DNA of 40,865 nucleotides from a phage. Positions 28,071-35,931 of this stretch are shown piece by piece (position 1 is the stretch's first letter; the number at the start of each line of letters is the position of its first letter). The stretch lies in sequence record PQ785851.1. One strand, written 5' to 3'. A model generated the notes under the pieces. That model did not search any database, was not told the origin of the DNA, and saw nothing but the letters and a program-made list of their open reading frames with translations. A program made the position numbers and the translations under genes.

Positions 28071-28591
28071 TATTTTGCCTCCTTGATAAGTTCCTGATAT
28101 GCGTTGATCATTGACACCGCGCCATTAAGCTCATCGCCTTGCAATCCTGCTACACTTGGTGACAGCTTCAGTAATCGAGCTTTGAATTCGCCAATGGCTT
28201 TCTCTGCAATATGGTTGTTATCCTTAACTCGCTTTCCTATATTAATTGCTCCGTCAACCAGAGTGATGTATGCGCATCGAACGTCAACATCATTACCAAA
28301 GTCTCCATCTTTTATTGATAGCTTAGCACGAACATTAGCAGCTTGAATCTCTGGCATCCTTGCTACCGTGTTGGCTACATAGGACGCTTTCAATTTTGAC
28401 AGGCTGTACTTGCCATCTGCTTCCAAATCCTCGCTGGCGATGCGACCCATGTCATCAGCTGTTAGGCCGTATACCTGGCGGGCAATGAGGTTAATTGGCA
28501 CGTGAAAGGTGCGGTTTTCTGAACTAAGAGCCTGTCGAGCCATGTAGCGGACGACCTCACCCAAACTTACTGCTTCTTTATGTGCTGACAT
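28070..28591 (-). CDS. hypothetical early protein
   Basis: 173-aa ORF, first gene leftward of the divergent hub at 28592-29288. Confidence 0.4.
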   Translation of the reverse strand: MSAHKEAVSLGEVVRYMARQALSSENRTFHVPINLIARQVYGLTADDMGRIASEDLEADGKYSLSKLKASYVANTVARMPEIQAANVRAKLSIKDGDFGNDVDVRCAYITLVDGAINIGKRVKDNNHIAEKAIGEFKARLLKLSPSVAGLQGDELNGAVSMINAYQELIKEAK

Positions 28592-28624
28592 TTCATACTC
28601 CTGATTGGTTGCCTCTCGTTAAGA

Positions 28625-28659
28625 TGAATACATAGTACCACACATCTACACGTTATCAA
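28625..28659 (-). promoter_or_regulatory. sigma70-like leftward promoter
   Basis: Minus strand reads TTGATA, 16 bp, TACTAT, 6 nt, ATCTTAACGAGAG. Confidence 0.35.
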
Positions 28660-28710
28660 GTGTTATTAGTTAAAACATTCTGGTTTGTTACGGATTATTG
28701 GTGTTAGCAC

Positions 28711-28730
28711 CAGCTATAGCTCAATGTAAA
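28711..28730. repeat. 20-bp element CAGCTATAGCTCAATGTAAA, copy B
   Basis: Identical to 3489-3508. Confidence 0.6.
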
Positions 28731-28878
28731 GTCTGCGTACAGTTTGTAGATAAGGATTATTGCCGAATCCACCCATATATGCCTTTTTATTCCTACAATG
28801 TAGTCATATTCCTACAAGCGTAGGAATATATCATAGAAAATCACCAAATATCACATATCAGCTATCTACATTATCTAC

Positions 28879-28942
28879 ATATATATAATAATAATAATAA
28901 TAATAAAGTAAAAGGTTGATATATATAGATATTATTATGTAA
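28879..28942. repeat. AT-rich element with (TAA)7 tract, copy B
   Basis: GTAAAAGGTTGATATATATAGATATT at 28908-28933 identical to copy A; TAA tract two units longer. Confidence 0.6.
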
Positions 28943-29215
28943 CCATTGCGTAATTTCGCGTTATAGGCGTACAGCATTCCTACGGAGGGTGGGTGCATCT
29001 ACACAACATAACTTCTGTAACGTGTACATCCAAAATGGCTCAGCCAGAATCAAAATCAACTTGTATGGTAGTCCTTCCTCTATTCATTCACTCCCACACA
29101 AATAATTGCTAAATTCGCAACAATCAAAAACATCATTGCATCAGATACAATATTGCTATATGTGCAATAATGAGGTGAATCATTGCAATATCTGCAAGAA
29201 TCAATAAATCCAACG

Positions 29216-29268
29216 AATAGCACTTTTTGCTAATGACATTCATTGGCGACTGGACCATAATGAATCCA
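29216..29268 (+). promoter_or_regulatory. promoter-like module, conserved 22-bp element family (copy l)
   Basis: AATAGCAC-TTTT-TGCTAATGAC, 18 bp, CATAAT, 6 nt (gaatcc), ATCAACAACGAGGAGAGAG, ATG. Confidence 0.45.
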
Positions 29269-29288
29269 TCAACAACGAGGAGAGAGAT

Positions 29289-29474
29289 ATGAAACTTAAA
29301 GACGAAGCGTATGAGCAGCTAAAGCAGGAATGCGCTCTGATTGGGTTGAACGAGATGTACAGCGATATGGTTTTGCGCGGCAAGATTGATATTGACCTCG
29401 CTAAGCAATTCCAGTCAGATGATGAGTATCTATGTTGTGATGGCTTGGGCTGTGACGAATGTTTACCCTGGTAA
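29289..29474 (+). CDS. hypothetical early protein (Cys-rich C-terminus)
   Basis: 61-aa ORF ending ...CCDGLGCDECLPW. Confidence 0.35.
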   Translation: MKLKDEAYEQLKQECALIGLNEMYSDMVLRGKIDIDLAKQFQSDDEYLCCDGLGCDECLPW

Positions 29475-29677
29475 GGAATGAGATGATGAAAGTTAAGTGC
29501 TTAAATAATCTTAATGATGGAATCTGGGAATTTAGAAACGGAAAGCATTACATTTATGATGAAATGTATGGTTACGTAGTTGGTGACAACTTCAAACCAG
29601 TTTACTGCTACATTGATGATGAACGTGTCATTGCAGCAATTAAAAATAGGCTTATTTTTGAAAAAGTAGAAGGTTAG
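29459..29677 (+). CDS. hypothetical early protein
   Basis: 72-aa track ORF; true start may be the ATG near 29473. Confidence 0.3.
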   Translation: MFTLVRNEMMKVKCLNNLNDGIWEFRNGKHYIYDEMYGYVVGDNFKPVYCYIDDERVIAAIKNRLIFEKVEG

Positions 29678-29678
29678 C

Positions 29679-29882
29679 ATGAAGCTACTTTGCACCAATA
29701 TCATTAAAGACTTTAACGACGCGTTCAATAATGGCTCTGAATACAACGCTACCGATTTCAAAGATGACATGTGCCTTGTTACCGGAGAGCGTCCACATAA
29801 GCATCACGACAAGTTTCAGGCTCTTAAATGCCTTGATTACGTCGTCATCCCAGGCATCGCAACTTTTAAGGTGATTGAATAA
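29679..29882 (+). CDS. hypothetical early protein
   Basis: 67-aa track ORF. Confidence 0.3.
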   Translation: MKLLCTNIIKDFNDAFNNGSEYNATDFKDDMCLVTGERPHKHHDKFQALKCLDYVVIPGIATFKVIE

Positions 29883-30043
29883 TGCTATTACCATCTGAGA
29901 TTAACTATTTTGATCTGGAAGTTATTAGTTCTTACAGCGGCAAGGGCTGGCCTTGCGGGGAATGGTTCAACGAGGACTTGCTTGAATCTCACGAGATTAT
30001 GCTTAAGGCGATTGAGAAGGCGAGAAATAGCACGAATTGCTAA
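29882..30043 (+). CDS. small hypothetical protein (53 aa)
   Basis: Hand-translated; its last codons ...NSTNC-stop lie inside promoter-like copy e. Confidence 0.3.
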   Translation: MLLPSEINYFDLEVISSYSGKGWPCGEWFNEDLLESHEIMLKAIEKARNSTNC

Positions 30044-30077
30044 AGCCCTTCGGGGCTTTTGTTGTATAGTTTCCTCA
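30026..30077 (+). promoter_or_regulatory. promoter-like module, conserved 22-bp element family (copy e)
   Basis: AATAGCAC-GAAT-TGCTAAAGCC, 17 bp, TATAGT, 6 nt (ttcctc), ATCGAAACGAAAGAG; the 17-bp spacer contains a hairpin. Confidence 0.45.
30043..30061 (+). terminator. rho-independent terminator / attenuator embedded in the promoter spacer
   Basis: Hairpin AGCCC-ttcg-GGGCT followed by TTTT. Confidence 0.45.
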
Positions 30078-30102
30078 TCGAAACGAAAGAGAACAAGTAA
30101 TC

Positions 30103-30269
30103 ATGTTTGACAACTTTTACGACGCGATGGAAGAGGCAGTTTTCAGGGCCTCGCTTGATGGAAAGATTTACGGTTTAGTTCAGAAAGTTGATAAGATTGT
30201 TGTGCGTATCGTGCGCAAATCAGTACCAAACAAATTCATGTGGACTACAAAAGAGAGGGCTGAATAATG
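30103..30269 (+). CDS. small hypothetical protein (55 aa)
   Basis: ATG at 30103 preceded by AAGAGAACAAG; MFDNFYDAMEEAVFRASLDGKIYGLVQKVDKIVVRIVRKSVPNKFMWTTKERAE. Confidence 0.3.
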
Positions 30270-30620
30270 ACTACTACCATAACTAAAAATTTCATTAGCA
30301 AAGACAACCAACTGTTTAAAGCTCGCGTTAAAGATGGTGTCGAGCAAATCAAGAAAGATGGCAAATGGGTTAATCTGGAAGAACGTGGTAAATACATTAA
30401 GACCAGAACGCTTTACGTGACACATGTTAACCACAAATCTGGCGTTAAGAAGGATTTCAAAGAAGGAAAGAGATACCAGGTGCTAATGCATAGCGGGATG
30501 GGTCAGTCTGCTGGTTACATTTACGACGAAGATGGTAATGCATGGCAGCTATATCGAAGCGAAGATGTTGGTTTCTACACTCTTTGCCATACTTACCTAT
30601 TTGAATCATCTTACAAATAG
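30267..30620 (+). CDS. hypothetical protein
   Basis: 117-aa track ORF. Confidence 0.35.
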   Translation: MTTTITKNFISKDNQLFKARVKDGVEQIKKDGKWVNLEERGKYIKTRTLYVTHVNHKSGVKKDFKEGKRYQVLMHSGMGQSAGYIYDEDGNAWQLYRSEDVGFYTLCHTYLFESSYK

Positions 30621-30663
30621 CAGCACGAATTGATAATGCATTATAAGCTGCTGTTGATATAAT
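30615..30663 (+). promoter_or_regulatory. degenerate promoter-like module (copy f)
   Basis: AAATAGCAGCACGAATTGATAATGCA, 17 bp, TATAAT; upstream element carries a 2-bp insertion. Confidence 0.3.
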
Positions 30664-30693
30664 GGCCGCTAAGAAACAATACGGAGAGAAGTA

Positions 30694-32277
30694 ATGTTTG
30701 ATTTCAACGAAGATAAACTATCTGTTGAACAAGTTATGGCGATTGCCGCGACCGAAAACCTTCCACCGCTTCGCGTGGCCATTAATGCAAATGGCTATCG
30801 GCAGTCTCAATCATTCTGGAAAACACCTGTGGAGATTGACGCAGGTAATGACAAGTACCCTGTAATATCTCTAGGCAATGACATTGATGTTGTTGGTAAG
30901 CTATCGGCAAATATTTCTCGCTCAGTTCAGTTCCCAGAGTCATCAGCATACATGCACTTTTTGGGTTGTGTGTCCGCTGCGATGCTAGGGCGCTTTACTG
31001 TTGAGTATCACGGAACCCAGCAGCCAACATCGCTTTACGTGGTAACTAGCCAGCCGCCATCTACTGGTAAGTCAGCCATTAACTCTCTGTCAATTTCGCC
31101 AATGATTGCTGAGACTGAGCGTTTGAACGAGGTGCGTAAACGTGACCGCAAAAAGATTATGGCTAAGCTGTCTGCGCTAGCAAAAGAAATGAAACAGGAG
31201 AAGTCACCATCTGAGATGGCTTCACTGTTTGAGGAGAAGGAAGATTTAGAGGAAAAGCTCGAGAAGCTGTGCGATATCGTATTCCCGGTCTCAGATACTA
31301 CGCCAGAAGGTCTTGCACGAATCAACAACCGCCAGGGTAACTTTGCGGTCATCTCGGATGAGGCAACAAGCGTCAACTCATTATTGGGCATGACATACGG
31401 TGATGGTTCCAAGAAAACGAACAGCGAGCTTGTACTTAAAGCGTGGGATGCTGGTAACGTATCTATTGCCCGCGCTAACGCAGAAAACAACATGAGTTTC
31501 GTGGCAATGGGGTGCATCTCTGTAATTGCTCAGGATGAAACAATCAATGCGATTATGAATGCTGGTGCGCGTGGTATTGGTGTTTCCGAGCGTTTCCTTC
31601 TGGTGCGTGAAAAGTCATTTCTTGGAGACCGCGTGTTTGTTGATGAGAATGGCGATTCAACATACGAGGCTATTGATGGTGGTCTTAAGGCAGACTATTT
31701 CCGTCTCGTTCATGAAATTATGAATGAAGTTGAAGTGAAACTGACAGTAAGTGCGTCATCCATGCGCTACCTTAACCGAGCTCGCCAGGAAATGGAACCG
31801 CATCTTGGTGATGGCGGTAAATATTCCCACACGATGTTACGTGGTGCTCTTGGTAAATTTGATAAGCAAGCAATCCGTATTGCCTCAGTATTGCACGTTA
31901 TTCGCAACTGGTTCGCACCGGCAGGGTCGAGTCCGCAGAAATCAAGAGAGATTGAGCTTGAAACAATGCAAGAAGCGGTTATGATTTTCCACGAGTTAAG
32001 CAAGACTTATTTGTCGTCCGCTAGTGCTGCTGGTCATGCTGGTGATAATGCTGAAATGAATAAGCTGGTTGATATCCTGATTAAGCAAGGTAAGAATGGG
32101 AAGGGTGTTGTTGGCGTTCGCTCACTGTATGAAGCAGCACGCAAAGTTAAACCTTTTGAAGGACAGGCTGGCGTAATGACTCGTATTAAGGACCATTTGA
32201 TTCCGATGCTTGATGAGAAAAACTATACATGCCTGATTGGTGATAAGATTTACATTAATCCGCGATTGTTGGGGTGA
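30694..32277 (+). CDS. large early protein with P-loop-like motif (possible replication-associated protein)
   Basis: 527 aa; Walker-A-like ...VVTSQPPSTGKSAINS...; N- and C-terminal domains are shared with the 182-aa ORF 27522..28070. Confidence 0.45.
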   Translation: MFDFNEDKLSVEQVMAIAATENLPPLRVAINANGYRQSQSFWKTPVEIDAGNDKYPVISLGNDIDVVGKLSANISRSVQFPESSAYMHFLGCVSAAMLGRFTVEYHGTQQPTSLYVVTSQPPSTGKSAINSLSISPMIAETERLNEVRKRDRKKIMAKLSALAKEMKQEKSPSEMASLFEEKEDLEEKLEKLCDIVFPVSDTTPEGLARINNRQGNFAVISDEATSVNSLLGMTYGDGSKKTNSELVLKAWDAGNVSIARANAENNMSFVAMGCISVIAQDETINAIMNAGARGIGVSERFLLVREKSFLGDRVFVDENGDSTYEAIDGGLKADYFRLVHEIMNEVEVKLTVSASSMRYLNRARQEMEPHLGDGGKYSHTMLRGALGKFDKQAIRIASVLHVIRNWFAPAGSSPQKSREIELETMQEAVMIFHELSKTYLSSASAAGHAGDNAEMNKLVDILIKQGKNGKGVVGVRSLYEAARKVKPFEGQAGVMTRIKDHLIPMLDEKNYTCLIGDKIYINPRLLG

Positions 32278-32280
32278 TAG

Positions 32281-32616
32281 ATGTTTCTACTCGACGTATA
32301 CAAGTTCTGCGAAGGATACAAGAACTTCAACCGCCAGCAACTGGCAAGATTCATCTACAAGCACAAGGATTGTGCAAGGATGGCTAAAGCTGCGGGGGTT
32401 GATGAAAGATATTTTGCATCGAGTTGCTCGAAGGAGTTTATGGCGAGAATGCTTACGGCTGGGTATCTTGATGGAGTTAATGGTGTGTACTGGTCTAAAG
32501 GCTCGAGCAAAAGGCCATTCCAGTTTGAATTTATGAGCTTTAAAGGTAAGTCTAGTGCTTATGTTAATGAGATGATGAATATAGCAACCATGAGTGACGA
32601 AGAATTGTTTGCATAA
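32281..32616 (+). CDS. hypothetical protein
   Basis: 111-aa ORF starting 4 nt after the 527-aa gene. Confidence 0.35.
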   Translation: MFLLDVYKFCEGYKNFNRQQLARFIYKHKDCARMAKAAGVDERYFASSCSKEFMARMLTAGYLDGVNGVYWSKGSSKRPFQFEFMSFKGKSSAYVNEMMNIATMSDEELFA

Positions 32617-32646
32617 AAATAGCCCCATTACGGGGCTTTTTTGTTT
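32617..32646. terminator. bidirectional rho-independent terminator between convergent operons
   Basis: Hairpin AGCCCC-atta-CGGGGCT with an A-run before and TTTTTTGTTTTT after. Confidence 0.6.
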
Positions 32647-33014
32647 TTCCTGAATATTACCAAAAGCAGAATGATGATGATGCACAACATAATTCCACTT
32701 CCAACCCACGGGATTGCAGAAGAATCATTGTTTGTGATTTCAATCTTCTCAGCTGTGATTGTTGACGCTTTGATTGAGTTATCAGAAGTCTTCTTACCGC
32801 TTGAGCTATCAAGAGTGTCAACATTAGAGTTCTTCAACTCAGCCTTTGCATTGGAACTTGAATCAACCTTGTTTGTCAGACCTACGCCAACCTTATTGTT
32901 CTCCGCTCCAGCCTGGGCGCTAATCTCTGGCTTACTGCCAATCAATCCGGTCAGTGCTGATGTTGCCGAACAACCAGAAAGCAGAATCACCGCAGCAATT
33001 AATACAACCTTCAT
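32628..33014 (-). CDS. unimolecular spanin (lipoprotein with C-terminal transmembrane anchor)
   Basis: 128 aa; N-terminal lipobox LLSGC; C-terminal helix IPWVGSGIMLCIIIILLLVIF then RKNKKAP; last gene of the lysis cassette. Confidence 0.6.
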   Translation of the reverse strand: MKVVLIAAVILLSGCSATSALTGLIGSKPEISAQAGAENNKVGVGLTNKVDSSSNAKAELKNSNVDTLDSSSGKKTSDNSIKASTITAEKIEITNNDSSAIPWVGSGIMLCIIIILLLVIFRKNKKAP

Positions 33015-33496
33015 TTACCAACCCCACTTAAGCATAATTTTATTTCCTCGTTGCGCCTGTTCACGAGCCCCTTGACGACAACCTTCTTACCATTCTTGGT
33101 TATCTTGTTCCACATCCCGAGAGCCTTGCAACCCTCCTCAATCTTACCTTGGTTAATAAGCATTACTGCCGTGGACTTCCTCATTGCAGAGCCGCCAACG
33201 TTATAACTAAAACTGATTAATGCCGCTCTTGTTTCTGGAGAGATAGGGTATGTCACCGCATCCTGAACATACTTCCCATGAATCTGAATGTGCTTCTCAA
33301 GCAGATTCCGGCACTCCCTGTTACTGTACCTCTTACCCCATACAACATCAGGGCCAGTAATGCCAGCACAGACCGTAGGGATTCCTGCAATGTCCATGTA
33401 AGGCTTGTACTCAACGCCCTCTACAAGCTCAATAATCGGCGCTGCGATGTATATTGCCGCTGCCGTCGCTGCACTAATTACCAGCTTCTGCTTCAT
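33011..33496 (-). CDS. SAR endolysin (lysozyme, P21 R-like)
   Basis: 161 aa; N-terminal signal-anchor-release helix LVISAATAAAIYIAAPII; core EGVEYKPYMDIAGIPTVCAGITG...SFSYNVG...INQG. Confidence 0.8.
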   Translation of the reverse strand: MKQKLVISAATAAAIYIAAPIIELVEGVEYKPYMDIAGIPTVCAGITGPDVVWGKRYSNRECRNLLEKHIQIHGKYVQDAVTYPISPETRAALISFSYNVGGSAMRKSTAVMLINQGKIEEGCKALGMWNKITKNGKKVVVKGLVNRRNEEIKLCLSGVGK

Positions 33497-33711
33497 TACT
33501 TACTCCTAATATTGATAGCTTTTTTTAAATCTCCTGACTCCAGCGCCTTCCTGATTGCCTGGCTATCCTTAAACTTCCAGTAAGCTCCCCACAACCCGAA
33601 AACAACAAGAGCTATAAGGCTGATTATTGCGATTGTCATTTGACCAGTTGCGGCGCCAGTTACAGCCGCCCCACCTGTTGATGCCGTAGCGGCGTTAATT
33701 ACTTCCCTCAC
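33496..33711 (-). CDS. pinholin-type holin
   Basis: Likely GTG start at 33711 with RBS AAAGGTGA; two hydrophobic segments; track ORF extends to a TTG at 33789. Confidence 0.5.
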   Translation of the reverse strand: MREVINAATASTGGAAVTGAATGQMTIAIISLIALVVFGLWGAYWKFKDSQAIRKALESGDLKKAINIRSK

Positions 33712-33784
33712 GTGATCACCTTTAAATCCTAATTTGTCAATAGATAGTGTAAATATAATACAGTAGGCAAGTGTGGATTGTAAG

Positions 33785-33815
33785 CACAAAAAAGGGGAGC
33801 CAAAAGGCCCCCCGC
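33785..33815 (-). terminator. putative terminator upstream of the lysis cassette
   Basis: Imperfect hairpin GGGGGGCC-tttt-GGCTCCCC followed by a T-run on the minus strand. Confidence 0.35.
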
Positions 33816-33839
33816 TTGCAAATCTATGTTTTTGATGTG

Positions 33840-34016
33840 TTAATCTGCGATAATAAATTCCACCAAAGAGCCATCAATCGGCGCAAGGATGTGAGTCATA
33901 TCGTCGCCATAAATCTTGTAATATCCGTCACCTTGGTACTCTGCATTGTACGGCTGGTTGACTGTAAATGGCAGGGTCTTGGAATTGTTTTTGGTGCAAT
34001 AAATCATTTTAGTCAT
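33840..34016 (-). CDS. small hypothetical protein (58 aa)
   Basis: Hand-translated MTKMIYCTKNNSKTLPFTVNQPYNAEYQGDGYYKIYGDDMTHILAPIDGSLVEFIIAD. Confidence 0.3.
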   Translation of the reverse strand: MTKMIYCTKNNSKTLPFTVNQPYNAEYQGDGYYKIYGDDMTHILAPIDGSLVEFIIAD

Positions 34017-34057
34017 TTTGTGTTTACTCGTTTAGTTTGTCTAGTTTCGATGCGGTG

Positions 34058-34102
34058 ATTATGCCGCATTTCTACGGCATTGGTTATGCAAAAAGTGCTA
34101 TT
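34058..34102 (-). promoter_or_regulatory. promoter-like module, conserved 22-bp element family (copy g)
   Basis: Minus strand reads AATAGCAC-TTTT-TGCATAACCA, 17 bp, CATAAT, 6 nt (caccgc), ATCGAAACTAGAC; overlaps the stop of the upstream gene. Confidence 0.45.
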
Positions 34103-35231
34103 AGCTAAACATTTCTGGGCGACAAGTGAATCGACCAATCTCGCCGAATTTAGGGCTGTAGATTATTACAGACGCCTGGCGATAAGAGCGATAACCACCG
34201 TTTGCGCTGTAAGCATCTTTCGCACCAAGCTGACCATGAGACTCATCAATACCCAAGTTACCTTCTGTAATCGTTTGATGGTGATAATGGCCCGAATGGG
34301 TATAAACATATTCTGATTCACCAAACGCCTTGCGGTGGTCACGTGCCAAAGTTGATAAGCGAGTATCTGGCTTGCGAAGCTCATGACCATGACAGTATCC
34401 AAGAAGCGTCTTGCCAAACTGAGTTACGTGCAACGCAGCAGGTGAAGCATCAACATTTACCCTTGGCTCATCCATATAGAATGCCGCCATTGCTGCACGC
34501 AACCAAATCATACCCGAAAGGTCGTGGTTACCTGGAATAATCTGAACTTCAACTTCTTTATGCTTATCAAGCATCAGGCTAATTGCTCGCCGAGTCGCTC
34601 GAACAGCTACGTAAACAAGCTTATGGTATCGGCTATCCTGGTCCAGCACATGATGACTGGTAGGCGTAACAGCTTCCAATCCATCTGAGTGGAGGAAGTC
34701 GCCACCAATCAGCAATACTGCTTTCTTAGAACAAGGAGCCTTAGCAACAGCGTAATCAAAATAATCATTAAGGACACGCTCTGCGATTTCAGTACTGTAA
34801 TTCTCCCCGCATTCTGCATGGTGCGCCATTGCTCCAATGTGCATATCAAAAACAGGATAAAGACTTAAAGTGTCTTCCCACAAACCAACTCTTAATGCTC
34901 TAGGCTTCTCGCGCGGCAATTCATCAGTAAGCGCTTCAATAGCCTGAAACATCATCTCTTCTTGCTTCTCTTTGTCGATGTCAGACTTAACCCACTGCTG
35001 CTTAATCTCACCATCAGCACCAATAAGACTTGATACACCCTTAACTGCATAACCTTGAGGAATAAGGTTGCTTACATCTCTACCGTGCCCCTCTCCAGCC
35101 TTAGCTAGCTTACTACGACGCAATTCAACATTGCGAATATTCATACCGTACTTCTCTGCTATTGCTTTGTTAGTCATGCCGCTCGCTAGTTCTTCACTAA
35201 GCTGTTCGTTTGTTATTTTTGCAGTTGCCAT
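34101..35231 (-). CDS. HTH-fused metallophosphoesterase (calcineurin-like)
   Basis: 376 aa; N-terminal HTH-like GMTNKAIAEKYGMNIRNVELRRSK; phosphoesterase motifs DMHIG, GGDFLHSDG, GNHD, CHGH, HSGHYH. Confidence 0.6.
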   Translation of the reverse strand: MATAKITNEQLSEELASGMTNKAIAEKYGMNIRNVELRRSKLAKAGEGHGRDVSNLIPQGYAVKGVSSLIGADGEIKQQWVKSDIDKEKQEEMMFQAIEALTDELPREKPRALRVGLWEDTLSLYPVFDMHIGAMAHHAECGENYSTEIAERVLNDYFDYAVAKAPCSKKAVLLIGGDFLHSDGLEAVTPTSHHVLDQDSRYHKLVYVAVRATRRAISLMLDKHKEVEVQIIPGNHDLSGMIWLRAAMAAFYMDEPRVNVDASPAALHVTQFGKTLLGYCHGHELRKPDTRLSTLARDHRKAFGESEYVYTHSGHYHHQTITEGNLGIDESHGQLGAKDAYSANGGYRSYRQASVIIYSPKFGEIGRFTCRPEMFS

Positions 35232-35313
35232 TTTTAAGTTCCTTAATTCATTACGATAAAGTATAAGATAATAAAGCTAAACAGTGGTGTTAATACTACT
35301 AGGGCGGCGTACT

Positions 35314-35565
35314 TCATACAACCTCCTTCAGCCAGTAATCAATTAAATTCGCACTAATTGCTAATTTCTCGTCCAGGTCAGTCATGCAGAGATTGCCGCA
35401 CGCTGGCGAGTAATAAATCTGAACCCACTTTCCATCCTTCGTCTTCGCATTAACATCAGCATAGTCAGGAGGAAACCAATCAGCAATAGGTATCGCCCTA
35501 AACTTAGCACCACTACTCCAACGCACCAAATCATAATGCTCTGGCTGAAAATCTAAACCTAACAT
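35314..35565 (-). CDS. hypothetical protein
   Basis: 83-aa track ORF. Confidence 0.3.
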   Translation of the reverse strand: MLGLDFQPEHYDLVRWSSGAKFRAIPIADWFPPDYADVNAKTKDGKWVQIYYSPACGNLCMTDLDEKLAISANLIDYWLKEVV

Positions 35566-35567
35566 AT

Positions 35568-35858
35568 TTAAACCTTCGTTATCTTAAATTTGCATCCCTG
35601 AGATTTCAGGAAATCGTTAACATCAATACTCACACCAGGCTTAACTCTCACATATTTCCTTGGACTATCTTGTATATATGAAAATTTACCGCCGTACACA
35701 ACGCTGATTTCTTGAATATCGAAGTATTTAGATATTTTCTTGATGTCATCTTGCAAACCAGCCTCTCCACAGTGCGCCCATACAGCGGCGCGTCCGGTTT
35801 CAACTATCATAGGCCGTAAGCCATTTTTAAGTATTCTAGAGCGCACATCCATGACCAT
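35568..35858 (-). CDS. hypothetical protein
   Basis: 96-aa track ORF. Confidence 0.3.
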   Translation of the reverse strand: MVMDVRSRILKNGLRPMIVETGRAAVWAHCGEAGLQDDIKKISKYFDIQEISVVYGGKFSYIQDSPRKYVRVKPGVSIDVNDFLKSQGCKFKITKV

Positions 35859-35931
35859 TGTGAATTATTCTTAACAGCGTCAATCGCATAAACCTGTGCA
35901 ATCTCGAACATCTCTTTATCTAAGATTTTCA

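Noticed and set aside
31035-32003. Minus-strand ORFs 31035-31517 and 31767-32003 and plus-strand ORF 31751-31984 inside the 527-aa gene
   Set aside because: Embedded in another frame or antisense to a gene with good RBS and paralog support; Ser/Leu-rich artefactual translations.
33771-34058. Plus-strand 95-aa ORF
   Set aside because: Antisense to the small minus-strand gene 33840-34016 and its terminator/promoter region; no RBS; orientation conflicts with the surrounding minus-strand operon.
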